From: Aquificales bacterium
GTDB lineage: Bacteria > Aquificota > Aquificia > Aquificales > QOAS01
NCBI GenBank assembly: GCA_027036735.1
Contig: JALWDU010000056.1
Location: 38,816-102,815, forward strand
DNA: 64,000 bases
Direction of reading: 5' to 3'
The notes under the pieces are model-generated. The model made no database searches. It was not told the origin of the DNA and saw only the letters and a program-made list of their open reading frames with translations. Numbering within the stretch: position 1 is the first letter of the stretch; each line of letters opens with the position of its first letter. The translations under genes and the position numbers were made by a program. Shown piece after piece: positions 56,590 to 64,000 of the stretch.

Positions 56590-57739
56590 GCCACACGGTG
56601 GGATACTGATAAATAAACTGCCTAAGAGTGAAGAAGAAAGAGAGGAATTAACAAAAAAAGCGGAAACTTTAAAAAAATTAACCGTAGGAAAGCGCTACAC
56701 AGCACACTGTGAGATGATAGCGAACGGAGGATATTCTCCCTTAAAAGGTTTTATGACCTATGAAGAAGTCAAAGAGGTAGTAGAAAACCTACATTTACCC
56801 AATGGGTTAATTTGGAGTATTCCTATTCTTCTTCCTGTAAAAGAAGATGAATGGAATTCCTTAAAAGTAGGGGATGAAATAGCCATTTATGATGAATATA
56901 AAAGACCAATAGCTATTATTGTGGTGGAGGATAAATTTACTCTAGATTTAGATTGGTACTGCCGTAATGTATTTAAGACCGATGATGAAAATCATCCTGG
57001 GGTTGCTTTTGTTAAAAGAGACGGAAAATTCTTTATAGGAGGAGAATTGGTTAGATTAATTAACCGTCCTATTAGAGAAAATATAGATGAAAAATACTAT
57101 TTAGACCCTTCGGAGACGAGAGAGGTATTCAAACAAAAAGGATGGAAAAAAATAGTGGCCTTCCAAACTAGAAATCCTATCCACAGAGCTCACGAATATA
57201 TAATCAAATGTGCTTTGGAAACTATGGATGGAGCATTTATCCATCCATTGGTGGGAGAAACAAAAGCCGACGATATTCCAGCCGATGTAAGAATGAAATG
57301 CTATGAAGTTCTAATTGAAAATTATTTCAATAAAGATAGGGTTCATTTAAGCGTATTGCCCGCCCCCATGCACTATGCAGGCCCCAGGGAAGCGGTTCAT
57401 CACATGCTTATGAGGAAAAATTACGGAGCTACCCATATGATTATAGGGAGGGACCATGCGGGGGTTGGTAATTATTACGGAACCTATGAAGCCCAAGAAT
57501 TTGTTGAGCAATTTGTAAACGAGCTAGAAATTCAACCTTTAAAGTTTGAGCATGCATTCTACTGCACCAAGTGTGAAGGTATGGCTACAACCAAAACTTG
57601 CCCGCATCCTAAGGAATTTCATATCCAATTGAGCGGAACCAAAGTTAGACAAATGCTTAGGGAAGGAAAAAAACCTCCCAAAGAATTTTCCAGACCAGAA
57701 GTCGCAAGTGTCCTTATTGAGTGGATTAAAAATAAATAA
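56582..57739 (+). CDS. sat: Sulfate adenylyltransferase (ATP sulfurylase, homo-oligomeric Sat type)
   Basis: 385 aa. [11 protein letters not shown] and IGRDHAGVG motifs. Confidence 0.92.
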   Translation: MLKPHGGILINKLPKSEEEREELTKKAETLKKLTVGKRYTAHCEMIANGGYSPLKGFMTYEEVKEVVENLHLPNGLIWSIPILLPVKEDEWNSLKVGDEIAIYDEYKRPIAIIVVEDKFTLDLDWYCRNVFKTDDENHPGVAFVKRDGKFFIGGELVRLINRPIRENIDEKYYLDPSETREVFKQKGWKKIVAFQTRNPIHRAHEYIIKCALETMDGAFIHPLVGETKADDIPADVRMKCYEVLIENYFNKDRVHLSVLPAPMHYAGPREAVHHMLMRKNYGATHMIIGRDHAGVGNYYGTYEAQEFVEQFVNELEIQPLKFEHAFYCTKCEGMATTKTCPHPKEFHIQLSGTKVRQMLREGKKPPKEFSRPEVASVLIEWIKNK

Positions 57740-57746
57740 TTTAATA

Positions 57747-59084
57747 ATGCTAAAATTTCTAAGTAATGTTGACAACAGCTTTAAAGAAATTTTAAAAAAC
57801 TCTATAGTTGCTTTTTTTCTTAAAGTTTTAGGTATTATTAATGGATATATCTTTAGCTTTCTAGTTATAAAAACCCTAGGAGCTAAAGTCTGGGGAGTTT
57901 TTACTATTTTTGTAGCCTTGCTTCAAATAGCTTCTATATTAGGCAGGCTAGGATTTGATACTCTTATTTTACGCTATACTGCTAAATACATTAATAAAAA
58001 TAAACCTGCTATTTTAGCAGTTATTTATAAAAAGACTTTTAATATTATTATAATTTCTTCTACTTTCATTTCTATTTTAATATATTTGCTATCGCCAATA
58101 CTTTCTAATAAAATTTTCCATAACTCCTATCTAACTTATCCTTTTCATATAGTATCCCTTATACTAATTCCATATACTTTGCTACTATTTCATTCAGAAG
58201 GTATTAGAGGTTTAAAAAAAATAAAAGAATATATGTTTTTACAGCAAAGCGGTCTTTTTACAATCTCAATATTAATATTCTATATATTGTTACTTTTTAT
58301 AAATAATAAACTTATACTTCCCATAATATCTTATAGCTTTTCAATCATTTTACTTTCTTTAATTTCTATATATATTTGGTATAAATATACTAAAATAAAT
58401 TTTGTTTTTTATAAAAATTCTAGGTACATCCAAATTTCTTATAAATATCTATTTATTAATGGACTTCCTATACTTTTTGCTAGCTCTTTAACTTTTTTTA
58501 TGAATTGGATAGATATTATAATGTTAGGAATGTTTAGAACCGTTCAAGAAGTTGGTATTTACAATATAACTTTAAAAGTAGCTATGATAATAAGCCTTCC
58601 CTTAACAGCTATAAATACTATTTTAGCACCTAAATTTGCTGAATATTGGGATAAAAGAGATAAAAAAAATTTTTTAAAATTAGCTCAACAGTCAACTAAA
58701 CTAATCTTTTGGACAACCTTACCAGTATTAATTTTATTTCTTCTTTTTCATGATAAAATATTAAGTTTGTTTGGAGAAGATTTTCAAAAAGGGAACTTAG
58801 CTTTACTAATTTTGTTATTGGGTCAATTTATAAATGTCTCTTCCGGAAGCGTAGGAATTATATTATTAATGACAGGACATCAGAAAGCTCATCAAAATAT
58901 TACTTTAACCGGAACTATATTGAATATAATGTTAAACTATTTATTAATTCCATACTATGGAATGTTAGGAGCAGCTATAGCTAATACAGTTACTACTATA
59001 TATTGGAATATTTTGTTTTCAATTAAAGTATATAAAATATTAAATGGATGGATTTTCTATCCACCAATATGGAGGTTTAAATGA
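57747..59084 (+). CDS. wzx: Wzx-type oligosaccharide flippase (MOP superfamily)
   Basis: About 445 aa, polytopic, very AT-rich. I chose ATG 57747, just after the sat stop; the ORF-track start at 57708 overlaps sat. Confidence 0.75.
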   Translation: MLKFLSNVDNSFKEILKNSIVAFFLKVLGIINGYIFSFLVIKTLGAKVWGVFTIFVALLQIASILGRLGFDTLILRYTAKYINKNKPAILAVIYKKTFNIIIISSTFISILIYLLSPILSNKIFHNSYLTYPFHIVSLILIPYTLLLFHSEGIRGLKKIKEYMFLQQSGLFTISILIFYILLLFINNKLILPIISYSFSIILLSLISIYIWYKYTKINFVFYKNSRYIQISYKYLFINGLPILFASSLTFFMNWIDIIMLGMFRTVQEVGIYNITLKVAMIISLPLTAINTILAPKFAEYWDKRDKKNFLKLAQQSTKLIFWTTLPVLILFLLFHDKILSLFGEDFQKGNLALLILLLGQFINVSSGSVGIILLMTGHQKAHQNITLTGTILNIMLNYLLIPYYGMLGAAIANTVTTIYWNILFSIKVYKILNGWIFYPPIWRFK

Positions 59085-59929
59085 AAGAAAAATTACCTAA
59101 TTTCCTAATAATAGGAGTCCCAAAGGCTGGAACTACTTCTGTATACTTTTGGTTGAAACAGCATCCGGAAGTTTTTATGAGCCCTATTAAAGAACCTCAT
59201 TATTTTTCTCAAATAGGTAACAAAGACCATATTACTAAATGGGAGGATTATTTAAAACTTTTTGAAGCAGCAAAACATGAAAAAGTAAGAGGAGAAGCCA
59301 GTACTTCCTATTTTCATTTTTATAAAACCTCTATTCCTCTAATTAAAGAAAAATTGGGGAAACATATAAAATTACTACTTATTTTGAGAAATCCTATAGA
59401 AAGAGCATGGTCACATTATCAGTATTATATCAAATTAGGACGAGAAAATAATAAACCACACAAAGTATTTTCTTATAATTATATTTTACATAATGAACCT
59501 TGGGGAATTAAAAATCCTTATTTAGAATTCAGTTTTTATTCATCAGCTTTAGAAATTTGGTATGAAAATTTTGAAGAAAATTTAAAAGTAATGTTATTTG
59601 AAGATATGAAAAGAAATCCTTTAAATTTTATACAAGAAATTTATGATTTTTTAAATATTAATAATTCATTTATTCCAAAATTTGAAATAAGAAATGTTTC
59701 TGGAAAGCCCCGGAATAAACTCATTAGTAAATTTCTAAGTATAGAGATAATTCAAAAATTAATTCCTTATATTCCTGCTTCCATTAAAAAACCTTTAAGA
59801 AATCTTGTATTAAAAAAGGAAGAAATACCAGAAGACATTAAAGACGAATTAAAAGAAATATATTATAAAGATATTATCAAAACATCTAAAATTATAAATA
59901 AGGATTTATCTTTTTGGTTGGAACTATGA
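59081..59929 (+). CDS. PAPS-dependent sulfotransferase
   Basis: 282 aa. 5'-PSB loop IIGVPKAGTTSV and 3'-PB motif LILRNPIERAWSHY. 4-nt overlap with wzx. Confidence 0.85.
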   Translation: MKEKLPNFLIIGVPKAGTTSVYFWLKQHPEVFMSPIKEPHYFSQIGNKDHITKWEDYLKLFEAAKHEKVRGEASTSYFHFYKTSIPLIKEKLGKHIKLLLILRNPIERAWSHYQYYIKLGRENNKPHKVFSYNYILHNEPWGIKNPYLEFSFYSSALEIWYENFEENLKVMLFEDMKRNPLNFIQEIYDFLNINNSFIPKFEIRNVSGKPRNKLISKFLSIEIIQKLIPYIPASIKKPLRNLVLKKEEIPEDIKDELKEIYYKDIIKTSKIINKDLSFWLEL

Positions 59930-60786
59930 GTATAGAATTTTCTTTAATAATCCCAACTGTAGGAAGGAAAATAGAGCTTGAGCAACTATTAGAAAGCATT
60001 AATTTATTATCTTATAATAAAGATAAACTTGAAGTTATAATAGTAGACCAAAATCCAAAAGGTTTTTTAGATGATATAATAGTAAAATTTAAGGATAAAT
60101 TAAATATCTTACATTTAAGAGTAAATTTTAGAGGAGCTGCAAAGGCAAGGAATTACGGTCTAAAATTTGCAAAAGGGAAATATATACATTTCCCCGATGA
60201 TGATTCCTCTTATGAAAGGGATACTCTAAAAAAAGTTCAAACTTTGTTTGAAACTCATAATTATGATGCTATAGCTGTAAAGGTTTTAGACCCTGAAACA
60301 AAACAAGCAGCTTTATTAAATTTCTCTAATAAAAGAACCTTTATTAATTGTTTTAACTTCTTTAGGCTAACAATAGAGTTTAATACTTTTTGGAAAAAAG
60401 AAATTTTAGTTAACTTAAAAGGTTTTGATGAACGTTTAGGAGTAGGAACTTATTTTTCATCTGAAGAAAGTGGAGATTTAATTTTAAGAGCTTTGAAAAA
60501 AGGCTGCAATATAATATATTGCCCAAACATAATTATATATCATCCAGATAAACGCAATCCTGAAAGTGAAAAAATATTTACATATGCATTGGGATTTGGT
60601 GCTTTATTGCGAAAACATTTGAAAGATAGAAATATATGTATATTACCCTATACAATATCTTATGTTGGGAAATCTATTGTTGGTATTATAATTTTTTCTA
60701 TTCTTAATAGAAGACTTTTTAGAAAATATAAAAATAGATTACTTGGTACATTAAAAGGATATGTGGAGGCAGGAAAAATATTTTAA
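59926..60786 (+). CDS. Glycosyltransferase family 2
   Basis: FSLIIPTVGR...VIIVDQN...FPDDD GT-A motifs. The ATG 59926 overlaps the upstream stop (ATGA). Confidence 0.8.
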   Translation: MSIEFSLIIPTVGRKIELEQLLESINLLSYNKDKLEVIIVDQNPKGFLDDIIVKFKDKLNILHLRVNFRGAAKARNYGLKFAKGKYIHFPDDDSSYERDTLKKVQTLFETHNYDAIAVKVLDPETKQAALLNFSNKRTFINCFNFFRLTIEFNTFWKKEILVNLKGFDERLGVGTYFSSEESGDLILRALKKGCNIIYCPNIIIYHPDKRNPESEKIFTYALGFGALLRKHLKDRNICILPYTISYVGKSIVGIIIFSILNRRLFRKYKNRLLGTLKGYVEAGKIF

Positions 60787-62029
60787 AAGTTTAAATTTAT
60801 TATTTACAATAACCAATCCCTTATTACTAGTAATATTTTTAAATATTGTAGCTCTCATTCTCTTTATATTTATTCCTAATAAATTTGTTAAAGATTTTGC
60901 TTATGAGAATAAAATCTTATCCTATAAAAGTTTTCTTCTTTATATATTATTTATAATATTTTTTAGTCTCGGATATTTATTTGTTCCTTCCTTAAAAAAA
61001 TATAAAAAGAATAGCTTTCTTTTTAAATACCAAATTAGAATGGTATATAAAGAATTAAAATTTTTCGCATACGCTACATTTTTTCTTACAATACTAGGAT
61101 ATTTAATTTGGTTTAAAGATATATATCTACATTTCAATTACTATTTAAGTTTACTACTTACAGTTGGAGCCTATCACATAAGAGACTTACTCTTAGAAAA
61201 AATGATAAGTGGAATTACTACATTTACACAATTTGGAATAATATCCTCAATATTGTTTTTAATAATTTTTTTATTAACAAAAAGGAGAATCTATATTTTA
61301 TTTATTATAATTATTATTATCTTAGCCCTTCTTCGAGTTATTTTCTTTGGAGAAAGATTGGCAGTTTTAGAAATTGTAATTCCTCTTATATTTATTTATT
61401 TGCGTTTCTATCCAGAAAAAACATTAAAATTTCTATTCATTATCTTCCTAGGATTTCTTATTATTTGGTCAACCGAATTATTTCGTTCTTATATGTCTCC
61501 TACATATCATAATGCCTACACTCCATTTGAGTTTTTAATCTACAGATTAGCAATGTATTTTATTACCACTCTAAATAATTGTTTTTTAATCTTTGAAAAA
61601 TTTCCAATATTTACAGATTTTATGCCAGCAACTTTAAAATTTTTTTATAAAATTTTTCATTTACCTAATAATTCACAGTATATATATATAGAACTTTTAA
61701 GCACTAATTTAAATCCGGAATATAATAATAAATCAGCATGGGGTATTTTGTATTTTGATTTTGGTTATTTTGGGTTTATTATAGCTTTTTTAATAGGGGG
61801 TATAACAAGACTATTATATAGTAGCTATAAAAAAGCTAATTTATGGGGTATTATGTTATACCCTATCTTTTTAATCTTTCTCTTTCAATCTTATCGAATT
61901 TTATATATAAATTCCTCTAGAGTTTTTTACCCATACTTAATTATATTTCTACTAATCTTGATTTATTACTTTAAAATAAGCTATTATAAAAAAAATAAAA
62001 AGAAAAGTAACTACCATGCTTTACATTAA
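60761..62029 (+). CDS. wzy: Wzy-like O-antigen/EPS polymerase (polytopic membrane protein)
   Basis: 422 aa with at least 10 TM helices and extreme AT bias. Position is between GTs in a Wzx-containing locus. There is no strong motif, so the assignment rests on context. Confidence 0.55.
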   Translation: MWRQEKYFKSLNLLFTITNPLLLVIFLNIVALILFIFIPNKFVKDFAYENKILSYKSFLLYILFIIFFSLGYLFVPSLKKYKKNSFLFKYQIRMVYKELKFFAYATFFLTILGYLIWFKDIYLHFNYYLSLLLTVGAYHIRDLLLEKMISGITTFTQFGIISSILFLIIFLLTKRRIYILFIIIIIILALLRVIFFGERLAVLEIVIPLIFIYLRFYPEKTLKFLFIIFLGFLIIWSTELFRSYMSPTYHNAYTPFEFLIYRLAMYFITTLNNCFLIFEKFPIFTDFMPATLKFFYKIFHLPNNSQYIYIELLSTNLNPEYNNKSAWGILYFDFGYFGFIIAFLIGGITRLLYSSYKKANLWGIMLYPIFLIFLFQSYRILYINSSRVFYPYLIIFLLILIYYFKISYYKKNKKKSNYHALH

Positions 62030-63068
62030 TGCTCGCTTTCTAACGCAGAAAATAACAGGAACCCAGAGATTTGCTATAGAAATATCAAAGCGGATTATTA
62101 AATATTTAACTTCTACCCAAATAGAATTCCTAGCCCCCAGAAATATAATAAATCGGAAATTAGCAAAAAGCTTTAATCCAAAACTCTTTGGAATATTTAA
62201 AGGACATCTATGGGAACAAATAGATTTACCAATATATTTAAGAAATACGAATGATTCTTTATTACTAAATTTAACAAATACAGGACCTCTATTTTATAGA
62301 AACCAAATAATAACTATTCATGATTTAGCTTTTTTAAGATATCCTCAATGGTTTTCAAAAGCTTTTTATTCTTATTACAAATTTTTAATTCCCAAAATAG
62401 CAAAAAACTCTAAAAAAATTATAACAGTAAGTGAATTTTCAAAAAAGGAACTTATAACATTATTAGACATACCCGAGGAAAAAATAGAGGTAGTATATAA
62501 TGGTGTTTCAGAACTATTCAAATACAATCCTAATCAAAGGAAAGAAAATTTTATATTAGCAGTTTCATCCTTAGATCCACGTAAAAATTTTAAAAGATTA
62601 ATCCTAGCCTTTAAAGAATTAAACTTACAAGATTATAAATTAGTTATTGTTGGTTCAGAAAATAAAATTTTTCGTAATAGTGAGATTAAAACCTTAATTA
62701 AACAAATTCCAAACATTGAATTTACCGGATATATTTCCGATGAAAAGTTAATACAACTATATCAAAAAGCAACTCTTTTTATCTATCCTTCTCTATATGA
62801 AGGATTTGGACTTCCCCCATTAGAGGCAATGGCATGTGGAACGCCTGTTATAGTATCAAATACTGCGAGTCTTCCGGAAATCTGTGGAAGTGCAGCATAT
62901 TATGTTAATCCATATGATAAAAATGATATAGCAAAAGGTATAAAAACACTTTTGGAAAATAAACGGTTACAAAAAGATTTGGTACAAAAAGGCTTGCAAC
63001 ATGTCAAAAAGTTTAATTGGGATAAATCTGCTATAAAGATAACAAATATAATTAATTTACTTACATGA
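62016..63068 (+). CDS. Glycosyltransferase family 4
   Basis: 350 aa. [33 protein letters not shown] is the EX7E region. Confidence 0.88.
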   Translation: MLYINARFLTQKITGTQRFAIEISKRIIKYLTSTQIEFLAPRNIINRKLAKSFNPKLFGIFKGHLWEQIDLPIYLRNTNDSLLLNLTNTGPLFYRNQIITIHDLAFLRYPQWFSKAFYSYYKFLIPKIAKNSKKIITVSEFSKKELITLLDIPEEKIEVVYNGVSELFKYNPNQRKENFILAVSSLDPRKNFKRLILAFKELNLQDYKLVIVGSENKIFRNSEIKTLIKQIPNIEFTGYISDEKLIQLYQKATLFIYPSLYEGFGLPPLEAMACGTPVIVSNTASLPEICGSAAYYVNPYDKNDIAKGIKTLLENKRLQKDLVQKGLQHVKKFNWDKSAIKITNIINLLT

Positions 63069-63601
63069 ATAGTGTAAAAAAAGTTCTACTAGATATAAAA
63101 GAAGATTTAGTATTTCTTAAGAAGAGATATAATGTAAATTTAATACGGGCTATTCTTTCTAATAGAGGATTTCATGCACTTCTTTTTTACAGAATAGCTA
63201 ATTTTTTATGGAAAAATAAAATTCCTCTTGTACCATTAATTTTAACCAGAATTATACAAATTTTATATAGTATAGATATAGATTATAGAGCTAATATTGA
63301 AGGAGGGGTTATAATAATTCACGGTATTGGTACGGTAATAGGTATGAAAGTTAAGATAGGTAAAGGAACCATAATTTATCATCAAGTTACCCTAGGAATC
63401 AAAATGTCTGGCAAAAATGATGGTTTTCCAAGAATTGGAAAGAATTGCGTATTAGGTGCGGGAGCAAAAATTCTAGGTAATGTTGAAATAGGGAACAATT
63501 CTATAATAGGAGCAAATACTGTTATTACTTTTAATGTCGCTGAAAATAGCATTGTAAAATTTTCCAAAAAAGCTTTAGAAATTAAAATTAAGAGGGAATA
63601 A
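63065..63601 (+). CDS. Hexapeptide-repeat O-acetyltransferase (serine acetyltransferase-like)
   Basis: 178 aa. Left-handed beta-helix repeats (IGKNCVLGAGAKILGNVEIGNNSIIGANTVI) and a CysE-like N-terminal helical region. Confidence 0.8.
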   Translation: MNSVKKVLLDIKEDLVFLKKRYNVNLIRAILSNRGFHALLFYRIANFLWKNKIPLVPLILTRIIQILYSIDIDYRANIEGGVIIIHGIGTVIGMKVKIGKGTIIYHQVTLGIKMSGKNDGFPRIGKNCVLGAGAKILGNVEIGNNSIIGANTVITFNVAENSIVKFSKKALEIKIKRE

Positions 63602-64000
63602 ATGAAAACAGTATTAATTCATGATTGGTTAGTTACATTAGGTGGGGCTGAAAAAGTTTTGGAAAGTATATATGAAATTTATCCTTCTCCGATTTTTACA
63701 CTTGTAAAAAATGATAGAAATCTTATTGGTACTATCTTTGAGAAAGCTAATATAAAAACTTCTTTTATTCAAAGACTACCCAAGGCTAAAACTTTTTACA
63801 GAAACTATCTTCTTTTTTTTCCATTAGCTATAGAGCAATTTGATTTATCGGAATATGATATAATTATATCATCATCACACGCTGTAGCCAAAGGAGTTCT
63901 AACTAATTCAAACCAACTTCATATATGTTATTGCCATACTCCTATCAGATATGCATGGGATTTATATCATAAATACTTAAATGAGACTGGTTTTTCAAAA
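63602..64000 (+). CDS. Glycosyltransferase family 4, N-terminal part (runs off window end)
   Basis: My translation from ATG 63602 is MKTVLIHDWLVTLGGAEKVLESIYEIYP...HTPIRYAWDLYHKYLNE. The IHDWL..GGAEKV start is typical of a GT4 subgroup. The frame is open to the edge (133 codons). Confidence 0.7.
   Translation, partial: MKTVLIHDWLVTLGGAEKVLESIYEIYPSPIFTLVKNDRNLIGTIFEKANIKTSFIQRLPKAKTFYRNYLLFFPLAIEQFDLSEYDIIISSSHAVAKGVLTNSNQLHICYCHTPIRYAWDLYHKYLNETGFSK

Noticed and set aside
55966-57739. Reading sat/cysC as ordinary assimilatory or dissimilatory sulfate metabolism genes
   Set aside because: This is not excluded. However, there is operonic coupling to cysQ, a dedicated permease, wzx and a motif-perfect sulfotransferase in an EPS island. 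No cysH/sir/apr/dsr genes are nearby. Together these favour PAPS supply for glycan sulfation. I keep it as a testable alternative in the finding.

Overview
This is a densely packed bacterial chromosomal window with about 60 protein genes. Protein composition (E/K/R/I/V-rich), strong GGAGG-type ribosome-binding sites and gene content suggest a thermophile of Aquificota/Thermodesulfobacteriota type; this is inference only. I found no rRNA, tRNA, CRISPR array or recognisable IS/transposase. By eye (not computed) the window is a compositional mosaic. GC-richer core segments lie at about 1-5.9 kb, 19.5-30.7 kb and 33.4-46.2 kb and carry rtcB, adk, dnaB, hypD, pyrE, thiE, pnp, purL, hemC, fabG and rny. 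They are interrupted by AT-rich accessory segments. (i) 6.3-21.4 kb is a minus-strand glycan locus with a PglF/PglC-type priming pathway, two DegT aminotransferases, a GNAT, three GT4s, an AsnB-like amidotransferase, an FkbM methyltransferase, a MurJ-like flippase and a TviB-like dehydrogenase. It contains a ~0.65-kb direct repeat made by two GT4 paralogues. (ii) 30.7-33.4 kb is a very AT-rich two-gene island between housekeeping genes. It encodes a 583-aa SIR2-like protein with all sirtuin NAD/Zn motifs plus an unrecognisable 139-aa partner. This is my top candidate for an undescribed (defence-like) system. (iii) 46.2-64 kb, running off the window, is an exopolysaccharide island. It has a gfc/yjb-like export module (Wzz, long Wza, Thr/Gly/Ala-rich GfcA/YjbE-like protein, YjbH-like barrel). 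It also has a self-contained PAPS supply module (cysQ, SLC13 permease, cysC, sat) fused to Wzx, a sulfotransferase, Wzy and GTs, which predicts a sulfated polysaccharide. Other notable items are an intein splitting rtcB at its catalytic Cys (gene open at the window edge) and an orphan C-terminal 40 percent of uvrB. There is also a ~200-nt rod-shaped 6S-RNA-like element directly upstream of the 5-formyl-THF cyclo-ligase gene, and an archaeal-type prefoldin alpha/beta-like gene pair. An orphan HerA-like ATPase, a DUF262-only protein and a membrane-anchored dynamin-like GTPase complete the list. All functional calls rest on motifs I read in the translations; no database search was run.
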